NCBI GenBank assembly: GCA_017430135.1
Contig: JAFRNM010000004.1
Span: forward strand, 69,499-133,498
Source: Clostridia bacterium
GTDB lineage: Bacteria; Bacillota; Clostridia; TANB77; CAG-508
Length of the DNA stretch: 64,000 nt
Direction: 5' to 3'
A program made the translations under genes and the position numbers. The notes beneath the pieces are model-generated. The model was given only the letters and a program-made list of their open reading frames with translations. It was not told where the DNA came from and did not search any database. Below are positions 29,302 through 39,283 of this stretch, one piece after another (the stretch's first letter is position 1; every line of letters begins with the position of its first letter).

Positions 29302-30036
29302 ATGAAGTATAAAAGAATCTTATTAAAACTAAGCGGAGGAGCTCTAGGAGGAAGTAATGGAGAAAATTTTAGCAAGGAAAAACTTGAAAACATTACAAAC
29401 CAAATAATTGCAGCAAAAAATAAAGGAATAGAAGTAGCTGTATTAGTTGGTGGAGGAAACATTTTTAGAGGTAGAACAGCTGAAGAATGGAACATTGAAA
29501 GAGTTGAAGCAGATAATATTGGAATGATGGCTACAATTATAAATAGCTTAATGCTAAGAGGTGCTATATCTTCAAAAACTGATGATGATGTAAGAGTAAT
29601 GACATCAATACCTGTACCATCAGTTGCAGAACCATATATTAGATTAAAAGCTAAAAAACACTTAGATAAAGGTAGAATAATTATTTTTGGTGGGGGATTA
29701 GGACAACCATTTGTAACAACAGATTATCCTTCAGTTCAAAGAGCAATTGAAATAGATGCAGACATTGTTTTAATGGCAAAGAGTGGAGCAAACGGAGTTT
29801 ACACAGCTGATCCAAGAAAAGATGCAAATGCAAAAAGATATAAGAACTTAACTTATGATGATGTTATTAGTCAAAACTTACAAGTTGCGGACCAATCATC
29901 ATTTGTATTAGCAAGAGATTATAATATGCCACTATATGTTTTTGATTTTGATGAACCAGATGCAATTTCAAAAGTTTGCAATGGTGAATTAATTGGAACT
30001 TATGTTGGTAGTGATTGTGAAACAGAATTATATTAA
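29302..30036 (+). CDS. pyrH: UMP kinase (uridylate kinase).
   Basis: YKRILLKLSGGALGG, VGGGNIFRG, MMATIINSLML and TTDYPSVQRAIEIDADIVLMAKSGANGVYTADP match the PyrH family. RBS AGAGGAGGAAAAA before the ATG. Confidence 0.85.
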   Translation: MKYKRILLKLSGGALGGSNGENFSKEKLENITNQIIAAKNKGIEVAVLVGGGNIFRGRTAEEWNIERVEADNIGMMATIINSLMLRGAISSKTDDDVRVMTSIPVPSVAEPYIRLKAKKHLDKGRIIIFGGGLGQPFVTTDYPSVQRAIEIDADIVLMAKSGANGVYTADPRKDANAKRYKNLTYDDVISQNLQVADQSSFVLARDYNMPLYVFDFDEPDAISKVCNGELIGTYVGSDCETELY

Positions 30037-30042
30037 AAACAA

Positions 30043-30078
30043 AAACAATTCTCGTAAAAGACGGGAATTGTTTTTAAT
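30043..30078 (+). terminator. Intrinsic terminator of pyrH.
   Basis: AATTCTCGTaaaagACGGGAATT followed by GTTTTT. Confidence 0.55.
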
Positions 30079-30090
30079 TTGTGAAACTTA

Positions 30091-30176
30091 TTGGGACACC
30101 CTTGAATTTGGGGACACTCTTAAAAATCAAGGGTTTTCAAAAACCTTGATTTTTAAGAGTGTCCCCAAATTCAAGT
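30091..30176. repeat. Palindromic member D of the GGGACACTCTTAAAA family.
   Basis: TTGGGACACCCTTGAA-TTTGGGGACACTCTTAAAAATCAAGG-gttttcaaaaa-CCTTGATTTTTAAGAGTGTCCCCAAA-TTCAAG. Confidence 0.75.
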
Positions 30177-30260
30177 TTTCCAAAATCTCAAAAATTTGAC
30201 AAATATAGGCATTTTAGGGTATAATATACTTGTGTAAGAATGCAAATAAGAAAGGAGTGT

Positions 30261-32300
30261 ATGATACAAAATATCATACAAAGGAAAATGCAAAGTCCAA
30301 ATAGAAAGGTTTTTGATAACTTAGTTTCAAGAACTAAAATTTATTTAGTAATTATATTACTATTATTGGTTTATATTTGTATAAAAGAAAATGCATTGAT
30401 TTTGCCTTCTATTATTGTGTTTTTGGTAATTATGTTTTATGCATATTTTGCAAACAATAAAAGAAAAAGCGAAATTTCTGAAACATTGCAAGATTTAACA
30501 CTAACAGTAGATAGCACAGCAAAAAGCAGTTTAATAAACTCGCCTTTTCCACTTGTAATATTGGAAACTGACGGGAACATTGTTTGGAAAAGTTCAAAGT
30601 TTGTTACTGAATTCCAAAATATACAAATAAATCATTATATTGACGATTTGGTTTATGACATAAAAAATGATATTGAAAAAGAAGAAAACAAAAAAGATAT
30701 TGAAAAACAGATTCGAATAGGAAAAGATATTTACAAAGTATTTGCAAAAGTTGTCCATTCTAAAAACAAAGATAAAAAGAACAAAAATGAATATATGATG
30801 GTTATTTACTTCCTAAATGAAACTGAAAAAATCAATTTAGAACAAGAATATGAGAATTCTAAAACATGTGTTGGATTGATAATGGTAGATAATTATGAAG
30901 AAACAACACAGCTTTTAGAAAGCGAAGAAGCTTTAAATAGCAAAGCTGAAATAGATAAATGTATGTATGATTGGATTAACAAATGGAATGGAATCCTTGT
31001 TAAAACTGATAGAGATAGATATGTTTGCTATTTTGAACAAAGATATTTAGAGGAAATAAAAGAAGAAAAGTTTAGCATATTAGATCAAATAAAAGATATC
31101 AACTTAAAGGGAAAAGGTCAGTTAACTCTAAGTATTGCAATTTCTAATGAAGGCGAAAATTTAAAAGAAAAATATAAAGCTGCACAAGCAGCAATGGATG
31201 TTGTACTTGGTAGAGGTGGAGACCAAGCGGTTATAAGAGAAAATGACATTTATAAATTCTATGGTGGAAGAGCGCAAGAGGTTGAAAAGAGGACTAAAGT
31301 TAAGGCAAGGGTTGTTGCTCATGCTTTAGAAAATTTAATTAAAGAATCTAGTAAGGTCATGATAATGGGACATACAAATCCAGATATAGACGCAATGGGT
31401 TCAGCTCTAGGAGCTTATAGATTTGTAAGAAGTCTTGATAAAAAAGGATATATAGTTACAAGTGACAATTCAAGTGCATTAGATAGTTTTAATGAAATAT
31501 TAAGTGAAGACGAAGAATACGAAGATGTTCTTATTTCTAAAGAAGTAGCACTTGAAAACATTGACGAAGATACACTTTTAATAGTTGTAGATACTCATAA
31601 GAAAAATTTCGTTGAGTCAGTTGAAGTTTTAGAAAAATGTTCAAAAATTGTTGTAATTGACCACCATAGAAGAAGTGCAGACTATATAGAAAATGCAACT
31701 TTGATATTCCAAGAAGTTTATGCATCTTCTGCTGCAGAACTTGTAACAGAGTTGATTCAATATGCAACATCTGAAATTGAATTAAAAACTATTGAAGCAG
31801 AAGGTTTATATGCTGGAATAATGATGGACACTAAGAACTTTACATTTAAAACAGGTGTAAGAACTTTTGAAGCGGCTGCATATTTAAGAAAATGCGGTGT
31901 TGATATAATTAAAGTTAAGAAATGGTTCCAAAGTAGTTTAAGTGGATTCACAAAAATTGCTGATATTGTTAAAGATGCAGAGATAGTAAATGATACAATT
32001 GCAATATCTCAATATGAAGGAAAAGAAAGAGATGCAAGCATTACATGTGCAAAAGCTGCTGACGAACTTCTTACAATTAGTGATATTACTGCATCATTTG
32101 TACTTGGATACATTGGAGATAGAATCTGCATAAGCGGGCGTTCAATTGGTGATGTAAATGTTCAAGTAATTCTAGAAAAACTTGGAGGCGGAGGACACCT
32201 AACAGTTGCCGGAGCCCAAGTTGAAGGAATGACAATGGAACAAGTAAAAGAAGAACTTAAAACAAGAATAGATGAATACTTTGCTGAATTAACAAACTAA
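30261..32300 (+). CDS. gdpP: Cyclic-di-AMP phosphodiesterase GdpP (TM, PAS-like, degenerate GGDEF, DHH and DHHA1 domains).
   Basis: Two N-terminal TM helices. DHH motif MGHTNPDIDAMGS. DHHA1 motif GGGGH. Gene order gdpP-rplI-dnaB as in Bacillus. Start moved to the ATG at 30261 after the AGGAG RBS. Confidence 0.85.
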   Translation: MIQNIIQRKMQSPNRKVFDNLVSRTKIYLVIILLLLVYICIKENALILPSIIVFLVIMFYAYFANNKRKSEISETLQDLTLTVDSTAKSSLINSPFPLVILETDGNIVWKSSKFVTEFQNIQINHYIDDLVYDIKNDIEKEENKKDIEKQIRIGKDIYKVFAKVVHSKNKDKKNKNEYMMVIYFLNETEKINLEQEYENSKTCVGLIMVDNYEETTQLLESEEALNSKAEIDKCMYDWINKWNGILVKTDRDRYVCYFEQRYLEEIKEEKFSILDQIKDINLKGKGQLTLSIAISNEGENLKEKYKAAQAAMDVVLGRGGDQAVIRENDIYKFYGGRAQEVEKRTKVKARVVAHALENLIKESSKVMIMGHTNPDIDAMGSALGAYRFVRSLDKKGYIVTSDNSSALDSFNEILSEDEEYEDVLISKEVALENIDEDTLLIVVDTHKKNFVESVEVLEKCSKIVVIDHHRRSADYIENATLIFQEVYASSAAELVTELIQYATSEIELKTIEAEGLYAGIMMDTKNFTFKTGVRTFEAAAYLRKCGVDIIKVKKWFQSSLSGFTKIADIVKDAEIVNDTIAISQYEGKERDASITCAKAADELLTISDITASFVLGYIGDRICISGRSIGDVNVQVILEKLGGGGHLTVAGAQVEGMTMEQVKEELKTRIDEYFAELTN

Positions 32301-32414
32301 AAAATATAAGAGAGAAGGGGTCTAAAATTAGGACCCTTTTAAAATTCAAGATAAAAAAACACTTGAAAAATACAACAAAATATTGTAGAATAAAAAACAC
32401 GAGGAGTGATGAAA

Positions 32415-32861
32415 ATGAAAGTTATTTTATTAGATAATATAAAGGGAGTAGGAAAGAAAGACGAGATTATAAATGCAGCAGATGGTTATGCAAGAAATTT
32501 CTTATTACCAAAGAATTTAGCTGTTGAAGCAAATGCCGAAAACTTATCAAAATTAAAAGCTAAAAACGATTCTAAAGCTTACCAAAAAGACCAAGATAGA
32601 GAAGCTGCAAAAAAAGTTGCAGAAAAGATGGAAAAGATAAGACTAAAAATGCCTGTAAAAACGGGAGAAAATGGTAAAGTATTTGGTGGAGTTTCTTCTA
32701 AAGAAATAGCAGAAGTTCTTGAAAAACAATATGGCATAAAGGTTGATAAAAAGAAGATTGAATTAAAAGAAACTATTAAAGAACTAGGAACTAGAACAAT
32801 TGACATCAAGCTATTTGAAGGCGTGGTTGGAAAATTAAAAATTGACGTAATTTCTGAATAA
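32415..32861 (+). CDS. rplI: 50S ribosomal protein L9.
   Basis: [36 protein letters not shown] is the classic L9 N-terminus. RBS GAGGAGTGA. Confidence 0.95.
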   Translation: MKVILLDNIKGVGKKDEIINAADGYARNFLLPKNLAVEANAENLSKLKAKNDSKAYQKDQDREAAKKVAEKMEKIRLKMPVKTGENGKVFGGVSSKEIAEVLEKQYGIKVDKKKIELKETIKELGTRTIDIKLFEGVVGKLKIDVISE

Positions 32862-32900
32862 TATATTTACAAAGATATAAATTAACAGGAGGAGAGTTTT

Positions 32901-34235
32901 ATGGAACTAGGAAAAATACCACCACATGACATAGAAGCAGAGCAAGCTGTAATAGGCAGTATGCTAACAGACTTCGAGGCAGTAGTAACTGCAATAGAAA
33001 TGCTAAAACCGGAAGATTTTTATAGAGAAGATAATAAACTAATATATGTAGCAATTGTTAGCTTATTTAATAAGGGCGAGCCTGTTGATATTATCACCGT
33101 AAAAGCAGAATTAGAGAGCATGGGAAAGTTTGATAATGTCGGAGGAATTGAATATTTGGCAGAATTACCTGATAAAGTTCCAACAACTGCAAATGTTACA
33201 AAATACATAAAAATTGTAGAGGAAAAGTCAACATTAAGGCAACTTATTAAAACAGCAAATGAAATAATCGATTTAGGATATGATACAACAGAGGATGTAG
33301 ATGCAATTGTTGAAGGTGCTGAAAAGAAAATTTTTGATACAATTCAAAATAAAAACACCAAAAGCTATACTCCAATAAAAGATGTTTTGGTTGACAGCTT
33401 TACACAATTGGAAGAATTATATAACAGAAAACAACATGTAACGGGGGTGCCATCTGGATTTAAGGAATTAGATTACAAAACTGCAGGATTCCATGGGTCT
33501 GAATTGATTCTTATTGCTGCAAGACCTGCTATGGGTAAATCTGCATTTGCTCTAAATATTGCCACAAATGCTGCGTTAAAAGCAAATACGCCAGTTGCAA
33601 TTTTTAGCCTGGAAATGAGCAAAGAACAAATGGTAAACAGAATTCTTTGTAGTGAAGCAATGGTTGATAGTAACAAGGTTAGAACAGGTAAACTTGAAGA
33701 GGATGACTGGACTAAACTTGCAGAGGCTATTGGTCCTCTTTCAGAAGCAGAAATTTTTATAGATGATACACCTGGTATTTCAGTTACAGAAATAAGGTCA
33801 AAATGTAGAAAACTAAAAATGGAGAAAAACATAGGGCTAGTGATAATTGACTACCTTCAACTTGTTCAAGCTAGTAGCAGAAGAGGTGGAAGCCGTGAAC
33901 AAGAAATTTCTGAAATTAGTAGATCTTTAAAAATTCTAGCAAAAGAAATAGGGGTTCCTGTAATTGCTCTTTCTCAGCTATCCAGAGCGGTTGAACAAAG
34001 ACCTGACCATAGACCAATGCTTTCAGATTTGCGTGAATCTGGAGCGATAGAACAAGATGCTGACTTGGTTATGTTTTTATATAGAGACGATTATTATAAT
34101 CCTGAAAGCGAAAAGAAAAACGTGGCAGAAGTAATAATTGCAAAACACAGAGGTGGTTCAACAGGAACACTAGATTTATTATGGCTTGGAAGTTATACAA
34201 AATTTGTGGATTTGGAAAAAAGATTTGATGATTAA
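32901..34235 (+). CDS. dnaB: Replicative DNA helicase DnaB.
   Basis: PPHDIEAEQAVIGSML N-terminus. Walker A GARPAMGKSAF. IIDYLQL. RecA-like C-terminal domain. Confidence 0.95.
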   Translation: MELGKIPPHDIEAEQAVIGSMLTDFEAVVTAIEMLKPEDFYREDNKLIYVAIVSLFNKGEPVDIITVKAELESMGKFDNVGGIEYLAELPDKVPTTANVTKYIKIVEEKSTLRQLIKTANEIIDLGYDTTEDVDAIVEGAEKKIFDTIQNKNTKSYTPIKDVLVDSFTQLEELYNRKQHVTGVPSGFKELDYKTAGFHGSELILIAARPAMGKSAFALNIATNAALKANTPVAIFSLEMSKEQMVNRILCSEAMVDSNKVRTGKLEEDDWTKLAEAIGPLSEAEIFIDDTPGISVTEIRSKCRKLKMEKNIGLVIIDYLQLVQASSRRGGSREQEISEISRSLKILAKEIGVPVIALSQLSRAVEQRPDHRPMLSDLRESGAIEQDADLVMFLYRDDYYNPESEKKNVAEVIIAKHRGGSTGTLDLLWLGSYTKFVDLEKRFDD

Positions 34236-34444
34236 AAGTTGCTATATAGCAACTTTTTTAGCTTATTTGTAAATGAGGACTAATAATACTTAAGCCAATG
34301 CGTACTAATGAACACATTTGAAGCTTTTCTCAAAATATAGTCAATAAGGAAAAATTTTCCATTTTTTTAAAATATACTAGCTTTTGAAAAAAAAATGTGA
34401 TATAATAACACATGCGGGAAAATTATATATAGGAGTAAAATTTT

Positions 34445-35443
34445 ATGAATAATTTAGAAGAAAAAATTTTAAGAACAATAAAAGAAAACAAATTGATAAA
34501 AGATGGAGATAAACTCGTATTGGCAGTTTCAGGTGGACCAGATTCAATAGCTATGCTAAATGCATTAAATAACATTAAAAATAGCAAAGAAATCAACTTT
34601 GAATTTGTTGTTTCACATATAAATCACATGATTAGGGAAGAAGCTGAAGAAGACGAAAATTTTGTTAAAGATTTTTGCGAAAAAATTGGTGTTCAATTTT
34701 TTTCTAAAAGTATAGATGTTAAAGAAATTGCTAATAATAATAAAATAGGACTAGAAGAAGCAGGAAGAATTGCAAGATATAAATATTTTGATGAGGTTGC
34801 AAAGCTTACGGATTCAAAGAAAATTGCAATTGCTCACAATAAAAACGACAGCGTAGAAACAACAATTATGCATATTTTAAGAGGCTGTGGAACTTATGGT
34901 CTACACGGAATTGTAGCAAAAAATGGTAAGTATATTAGACCTTTAATTGATTGCCAAAGACAGGAAATAGAAGATTATTGCAAAGAAAGTAATATTGAAG
35001 CTAGAATAGACAAAACAAATTTTGAAAATGTTTATACAAGAAATAAAATCAGGAATGTCGTTATTCCGTATATAAAAGAGGAATTCAATCCAAACATTAT
35101 TGAAACAATTTCAAGACTTTCTGAGGCTGTTAGACTAGAAGATGAATTTTATGATGCATTTACTAAAAGAGTTTTTGATATTTTGAAAAGAGAAGACACT
35201 TCAAAACAAATTATTTATGATATCGGGTCATTTAATATGCAAGATAAGGTTATAAAATCTAGATTAGTTTTATATACTATAAAGAGGCTTATGGGTACAA
35301 GCAATGGTATTGAAAAGATACATATTGATGATATTTTGAAGCTCTGTGAGAAAAATATTGGAAATAAGTTTTTAATGCCTAATAAACATTTAAAGGTTTT
35401 AGTAAAAAATAAAAAGATATATTTTATAAAAAATGATAATTAA
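34445..35443 (+). CDS. tilS: tRNA(Ile)-lysidine synthetase.
   Basis: PP-loop LVLAVSGGPDSIAML. Sits upstream of ftsH, as in Bacillus. Confidence 0.85.
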   Translation: MNNLEEKILRTIKENKLIKDGDKLVLAVSGGPDSIAMLNALNNIKNSKEINFEFVVSHINHMIREEAEEDENFVKDFCEKIGVQFFSKSIDVKEIANNNKIGLEEAGRIARYKYFDEVAKLTDSKKIAIAHNKNDSVETTIMHILRGCGTYGLHGIVAKNGKYIRPLIDCQRQEIEDYCKESNIEARIDKTNFENVYTRNKIRNVVIPYIKEEFNPNIIETISRLSEAVRLEDEFYDAFTKRVFDILKREDTSKQIIYDIGSFNMQDKVIKSRLVLYTIKRLMGTSNGIEKIHIDDILKLCEKNIGNKFLMPNKHLKVLVKNKKIYFIKNDN

Positions 35444-35728
35444 ATAAATGTATTTTTAAAAATTTTTAATATCTTTAATAACAAATATCCGTAGTAAAAG
35501 CTTCAAATACGCGATTTTGTAACAAAAAAGACATATAAAAATGTATTGTATTTCTTTCAATTATATGTTATAAAACAAATAAATATAAGGAATACAATTT
35601 TTCTTTATTGCAAAAATACTTAGCTTTACTAGCATTTTTGCGAAAAATTGCATAAGTTATCTGTAACACTCGAAGCTAAAAACTTCTCGTTAACAGCTAA
35701 CTCAACAGCTAATTAAGGAGGAAAAGAA

Positions 35729-37534
35729 GTGAAAAACGGAATTAAAACTTTAGCCATGTGGCTAATTATAGGAGTAATTTTTTTAGTAGTGTTATCAGCT
35801 ATTATGGAAAATGATAGTTCTAAGCTAAAATATTCTGAGCTTATTACACTAATAAATGAGGGAAAAGTTCAAAGTGTTTTATTAGATAATGATAAACCAA
35901 AAGCTATTGTTTCTTTAAAAGATAATAACATAAAGAAAGAAGTGAACATTCCAGATGTTGAAGGATTTATTAATACTACCCAAGACTATTTAAAACAGGG
36001 AACTTTTGAATTAGAACAAAAATCAGAAACGATTTGGAATAATATTTTAAATATATTATCACCATTTGGTATTTTAATTATTTTCTTTATTTTCTGGTTT
36101 ATCATGATGGGTAAAACTTCGGGAAATGGTATGGGAAATAAAGGTATGTCCTTTGGAAAGAGCAAAGCTAGAATGATTTTACCAGGTGAAAAAGGCAAGA
36201 TTACTTTTGATGATGTAGCAGGTGTAGATGAAGAAAAAGAAGAATTAGAAGAAATTGTTCAATTTTTAAAAAATCCAAAAAAATATACAGATATGGGAGC
36301 AAAGATTCCTAAAGGTGTATTACTTGTAGGGCAACCAGGTACTGGTAAAACATTACTTGCAAAAGCTGTTGCTGGAGAAGCAGGAGTGCCATTCCTTATT
36401 ATAAGTGGTTCTGACTTTGTTGAAATGTATGTTGGTGTTGGAGCATCTAGAGTAAGAGACTTATTTGAACAAGCTAAAAGGAATTCTCCATGTATTGTAT
36501 TTATAGATGAAATTGATGCAGTTGGACGTGAAAGAGGAGCAGGAGTTGGTGGAGGACATGATGAAAGAGAGCAAACTTTAAATCAATTATTAGTTGAAAT
36601 GGATGGATTTGCTCCAAATGAAGGAGTTATTGTTTTAGCAGCAACAAATAGACCAGATATATTAGATAAAGCGCTTTTAAGAGCTGGAAGATTTGATAGA
36701 CAAATTATGGTTGGTGCTCCAGATGTAAAAGAAAGAGAAAGAATTTTAGAGGTTCACGCTAAAAAGAGAAGATTAGCTGATGATGTAGATTTAAAAATTA
36801 TTGCAAAAAATACATCAGGCTTTGTAGGAGCTGACTTAGAAAATGTTTTAAACGAAGCTGCACTTTTGGCTGCAAGAAGAAATTTAACAGAAATTGGAAT
36901 GCAAGAAATTGAAGATGCTATGGTTAAAGTAACTATGGGACCTGAAAAGAAAGCAAAAGTAAGAAGTGAAAAAGAAAATAGATTGGTTGCATACCACGAA
37001 GCAGGTCATGCAGTTGTAAGTCACTTCTTAGAGACACAAGATCCAGTTCATCAAATATCAATAGTACCAAGAGGTATGGCTGGTGGTTATACAATGTATA
37101 GACCTTCAGAAGATAAGTCTTTCATGTCTAAGACAGAAATGGAAGAAAACATTGTATCACTTTTAGGTGGTCGTGTAGCAGAAGCTATAATTCTTAATGA
37201 TATTTCAACAGGTGCTTCAAATGATATAGAAAGAGCTACAAAGATTGCTAGAAGCATGGTTACCAAATATGGTATGAGTGAAAGAATTGGTACAGTAATG
37301 CTTGGTTCTAACCAAGAAGAAGTTTTCTTAGGAAGAGACTTTGCACAAGGTAAAGAATATTCTGAAGAAACTGCTGGAATAATTGATGAAGAAACAAAGA
37401 GAATTATAGATAATGCATATAATAGAGCAAAACAGATTTTAACAGATAATATTGATAAATTACATCAAGTTGCTGGAGTTTTACTTGAAAAAGAGAAAAT
37501 TGAAGGTGAAGAATTTGATGCAATATTTGCATAG
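35729..37534 (+). CDS. ftsH: ATP-dependent zinc metalloprotease FtsH.
   Basis: Two TM helices. AAA module [26 protein letters not shown] motif. HEAGHA zinc motif. GTG start after the AGGAGGAAAAGAA RBS. Confidence 0.95.
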   Translation: MKNGIKTLAMWLIIGVIFLVVLSAIMENDSSKLKYSELITLINEGKVQSVLLDNDKPKAIVSLKDNNIKKEVNIPDVEGFINTTQDYLKQGTFELEQKSETIWNNILNILSPFGILIIFFIFWFIMMGKTSGNGMGNKGMSFGKSKARMILPGEKGKITFDDVAGVDEEKEELEEIVQFLKNPKKYTDMGAKIPKGVLLVGQPGTGKTLLAKAVAGEAGVPFLIISGSDFVEMYVGVGASRVRDLFEQAKRNSPCIVFIDEIDAVGRERGAGVGGGHDEREQTLNQLLVEMDGFAPNEGVIVLAATNRPDILDKALLRAGRFDRQIMVGAPDVKERERILEVHAKKRRLADDVDLKIIAKNTSGFVGADLENVLNEAALLAARRNLTEIGMQEIEDAMVKVTMGPEKKAKVRSEKENRLVAYHEAGHAVVSHFLETQDPVHQISIVPRGMAGGYTMYRPSEDKSFMSKTEMEENIVSLLGGRVAEAIILNDISTGASNDIERATKIARSMVTKYGMSERIGTVMLGSNQEEVFLGRDFAQGKEYSEETAGIIDEETKRIIDNAYNRAKQILTDNIDKLHQVAGVLLEKEKIEGEEFDAIFA

Positions 37535-37575
37535 AGATAGAGAGAAGAAAAGATTTGGCTACGCCAAATCTTTTT

Positions 37576-38019
37576 TTAAGCTTCTTCATCACATCTTGGC
37601 ATTGGTTTATTGTCATCAGCGAAACAATCACATTTTCCCATGTCTTTTCCTCTTAAGCATTTGCCTTCATGATGGCATTTAGCACATATTTTTATTTGTT
37701 TTGTGTCATTAACCCAAATTTGTACTGCATATTTTTTATCTGGGCATAATGGTCCAAATACGAATTCTCCTTCTTTATCTGTAAATGTGTGACCTACTGG
37801 TCTTCTTTCTTCTTTTCCGTGTTCATATACTATTTCAACTAATTTTACAACTGCATCTGCAACGGGTTCTTTAAAGCAGTTTTTAACTGTTCCATAAATT
37901 GCGTTTCTATGGTCTTCTGGTAATGTTATATCTAAGTCATATTGTTTGCCTTTATTGATTACGCCATCAATATCAAACTTTGGGCAATCTGGTTTATTAA
38001 ATTCTTCCATTTTTATCAT
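37576..38019 (-). CDS. Hypothetical cytoplasmic protein with a carboxypeptidase-regulatory-like (transthyretin-like) beta-sandwich segment and a Cys/His-rich C-terminal tail.
   Basis: IYGTVKNCFKEPVADAVVKLVE...HTFTDKEGEFVFGPL...YAVQIW fits the CarbopepD_reg pattern. Tail CAKCHHEGKCLRGKDMGKCDCF...PRC. No signal peptide. Confidence 0.5.
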   Translation of the reverse strand: MIKMEEFNKPDCPKFDIDGVINKGKQYDLDITLPEDHRNAIYGTVKNCFKEPVADAVVKLVEIVYEHGKEERRPVGHTFTDKEGEFVFGPLCPDKKYAVQIWVNDTKQIKICAKCHHEGKCLRGKDMGKCDCFADDNKPMPRCDEEA

Positions 38020-38048
38020 CCTTCCTAATTGAATTTATTTTTTATAAA

Positions 38049-38240
38049 AGTGCTAAAAATGATTTTGAAATCCGCGAAAGCGCCAAACGAACGAAGTGAG
38101 TGCGACCTGGAGCAACCCTCAGCAGAATTAGTGCAAACATACAATTTCTTATAGCGAAGAGCTATTAGAAATTGGCAGTTTGCAGTAATTTTAAGATTGA
38201 AGGTTGCGACGACAAGGATAAAAAATCATTATTTAGCACT
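38049..38240 (+). ncRNA. GC-rich structured repeat element, copy 1. Candidate structured sRNA or miniature inverted-repeat element.
   Basis: Conserved core CCGCGAAAGCGCCAAACGAACGAAGTGAGTGCGACCTGGAGCAACC ... GGTTGCGACGACAAGG. It is flanked by the copy-specific inverted repeat AGTGCTAAAAATGATTTT / AAAATCATTATTTAGCACT. A GNRA-type CGC-GAAA-GCG hairpin is present. Confidence 0.55.
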
Positions 38241-38359
38241 AAATAAAAACTAAATCCTACTATAATATATGAAAAAAATGTCAAAAAAGTGTATATATAA
38301 AATGGAATAATTATAAAAAAAAATCATATAAATAAAAGAGAAATATGGAGGGAATTAAA

Positions 38360-38602
38360 ATGTTCTTAGTATTGAACAAAGAAAAAATTTCAGCATATAT
38401 TGTTTCAGTTTTAACAGTATGCTTTTTATTTTTTATTGCAAGTAATGCTACAACAAACGAAATGGAAAACACAGAACCTACATCCGTAAAAGTAGAAGCA
38501 AATGAAACAAAAGAAGAAAACAAAACTACTAATAATACTACAAATGTGAATAATGTAATAATTTATGGAAATACTATACAAAAATACAATTTTACACATT
38601 AA
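38360..38602 (+). CDS. Small membrane-anchored protein with an Asn/Thr-rich tail.
   Basis: GGAGGG RBS 7 nt before the ATG at 38360 (the ORF-track start at 38345 is less likely). TM segment ISAYIVSVLTVCFLFFIA. Confidence 0.5.
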   Translation: MFLVLNKEKISAYIVSVLTVCFLFFIASNATTNEMENTEPTSVKVEANETKEENKTTNNTTNVNNVIIYGNTIQKYNFTH

Positions 38603-38635
38603 AAACTTGTGAAGCTTAACAAGGAGAAGGTAAAA

Positions 38636-39139
38636 ATGATTTTTGTTGGTGTTGTTTCAGATAATAAAAAATTTGAAATTCTAAGAAAAATAATCTATAA
38701 AAATAAGAATAAAAGTGAAGTATCTTTAATAAATATAAATTATAAGAGTATAGACAACTTGAAAAAAATCAAATTTGAAATAATAGTATTACTGGATTTA
38801 CCAAATCAATTGGAAGATAATATTGATAGTTTAGAAGAAGTTTGCAAGGATTCTAATTTTTTAATAGTTAATTCAGATATAGAATTCAAAAAGGATGCAC
38901 TAAAAAATGTGCAAACCAATATTATTACATTTGGAATGAATCATTTGTCATCTGTAACATTTTCAAGTGTTACAGATGAAAGTTTGATGATTTCAGTACA
39001 AAGGAATTATCCCAGTATCAATGGTGATTTGATAGATGTGGGAGAGTATAGCTTATCAATACAAAAGATTGAACGAAATTATTTACACGAACTTTTAGCG
39101 TGTTATATAATTATGAGTTTAATTGATGTAAATCAGTAG
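38636..39139 (+). CDS. Hypothetical protein.
   Basis: AAGGAGAAGG RBS before the ATG at 38636. No recognisable motifs. Confidence 0.5.
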   Translation: MIFVGVVSDNKKFEILRKIIYKNKNKSEVSLININYKSIDNLKKIKFEIIVLLDLPNQLEDNIDSLEEVCKDSNFLIVNSDIEFKKDALKNVQTNIITFGMNHLSSVTFSSVTDESLMISVQRNYPSINGDLIDVGEYSLSIQKIERNYLHELLACYIIMSLIDVNQ

Positions 39140-39283
39140 TATGATTGGAAAACTGAAAAAAAATTAGAAAAAATTAACTTTTTATGTAGACAAAACCAGA
39201 AAAACATGATATAATGGTTAAAGATTAAATAAGCTTGAAAGAAAAAAGTACAATTGATAAATAAAAAATAGGGAGGAAATATT

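Noticed and set aside
29993-30199. A 68-aa ORF overlapping the pyrH 3' end and the palindromic repeat D.
   Set aside because: It runs through the terminator and REP-like palindrome. It has no RBS and is an out-of-frame overlap with pyrH.
37404-37682. Small ORFs at the 3' end of ftsH (37404-37631 minus, 37452-37682 plus).
   Set aside because: They overlap the ftsH C-terminus and the convergent Cys-rich gene, with no RBS. Spurious.
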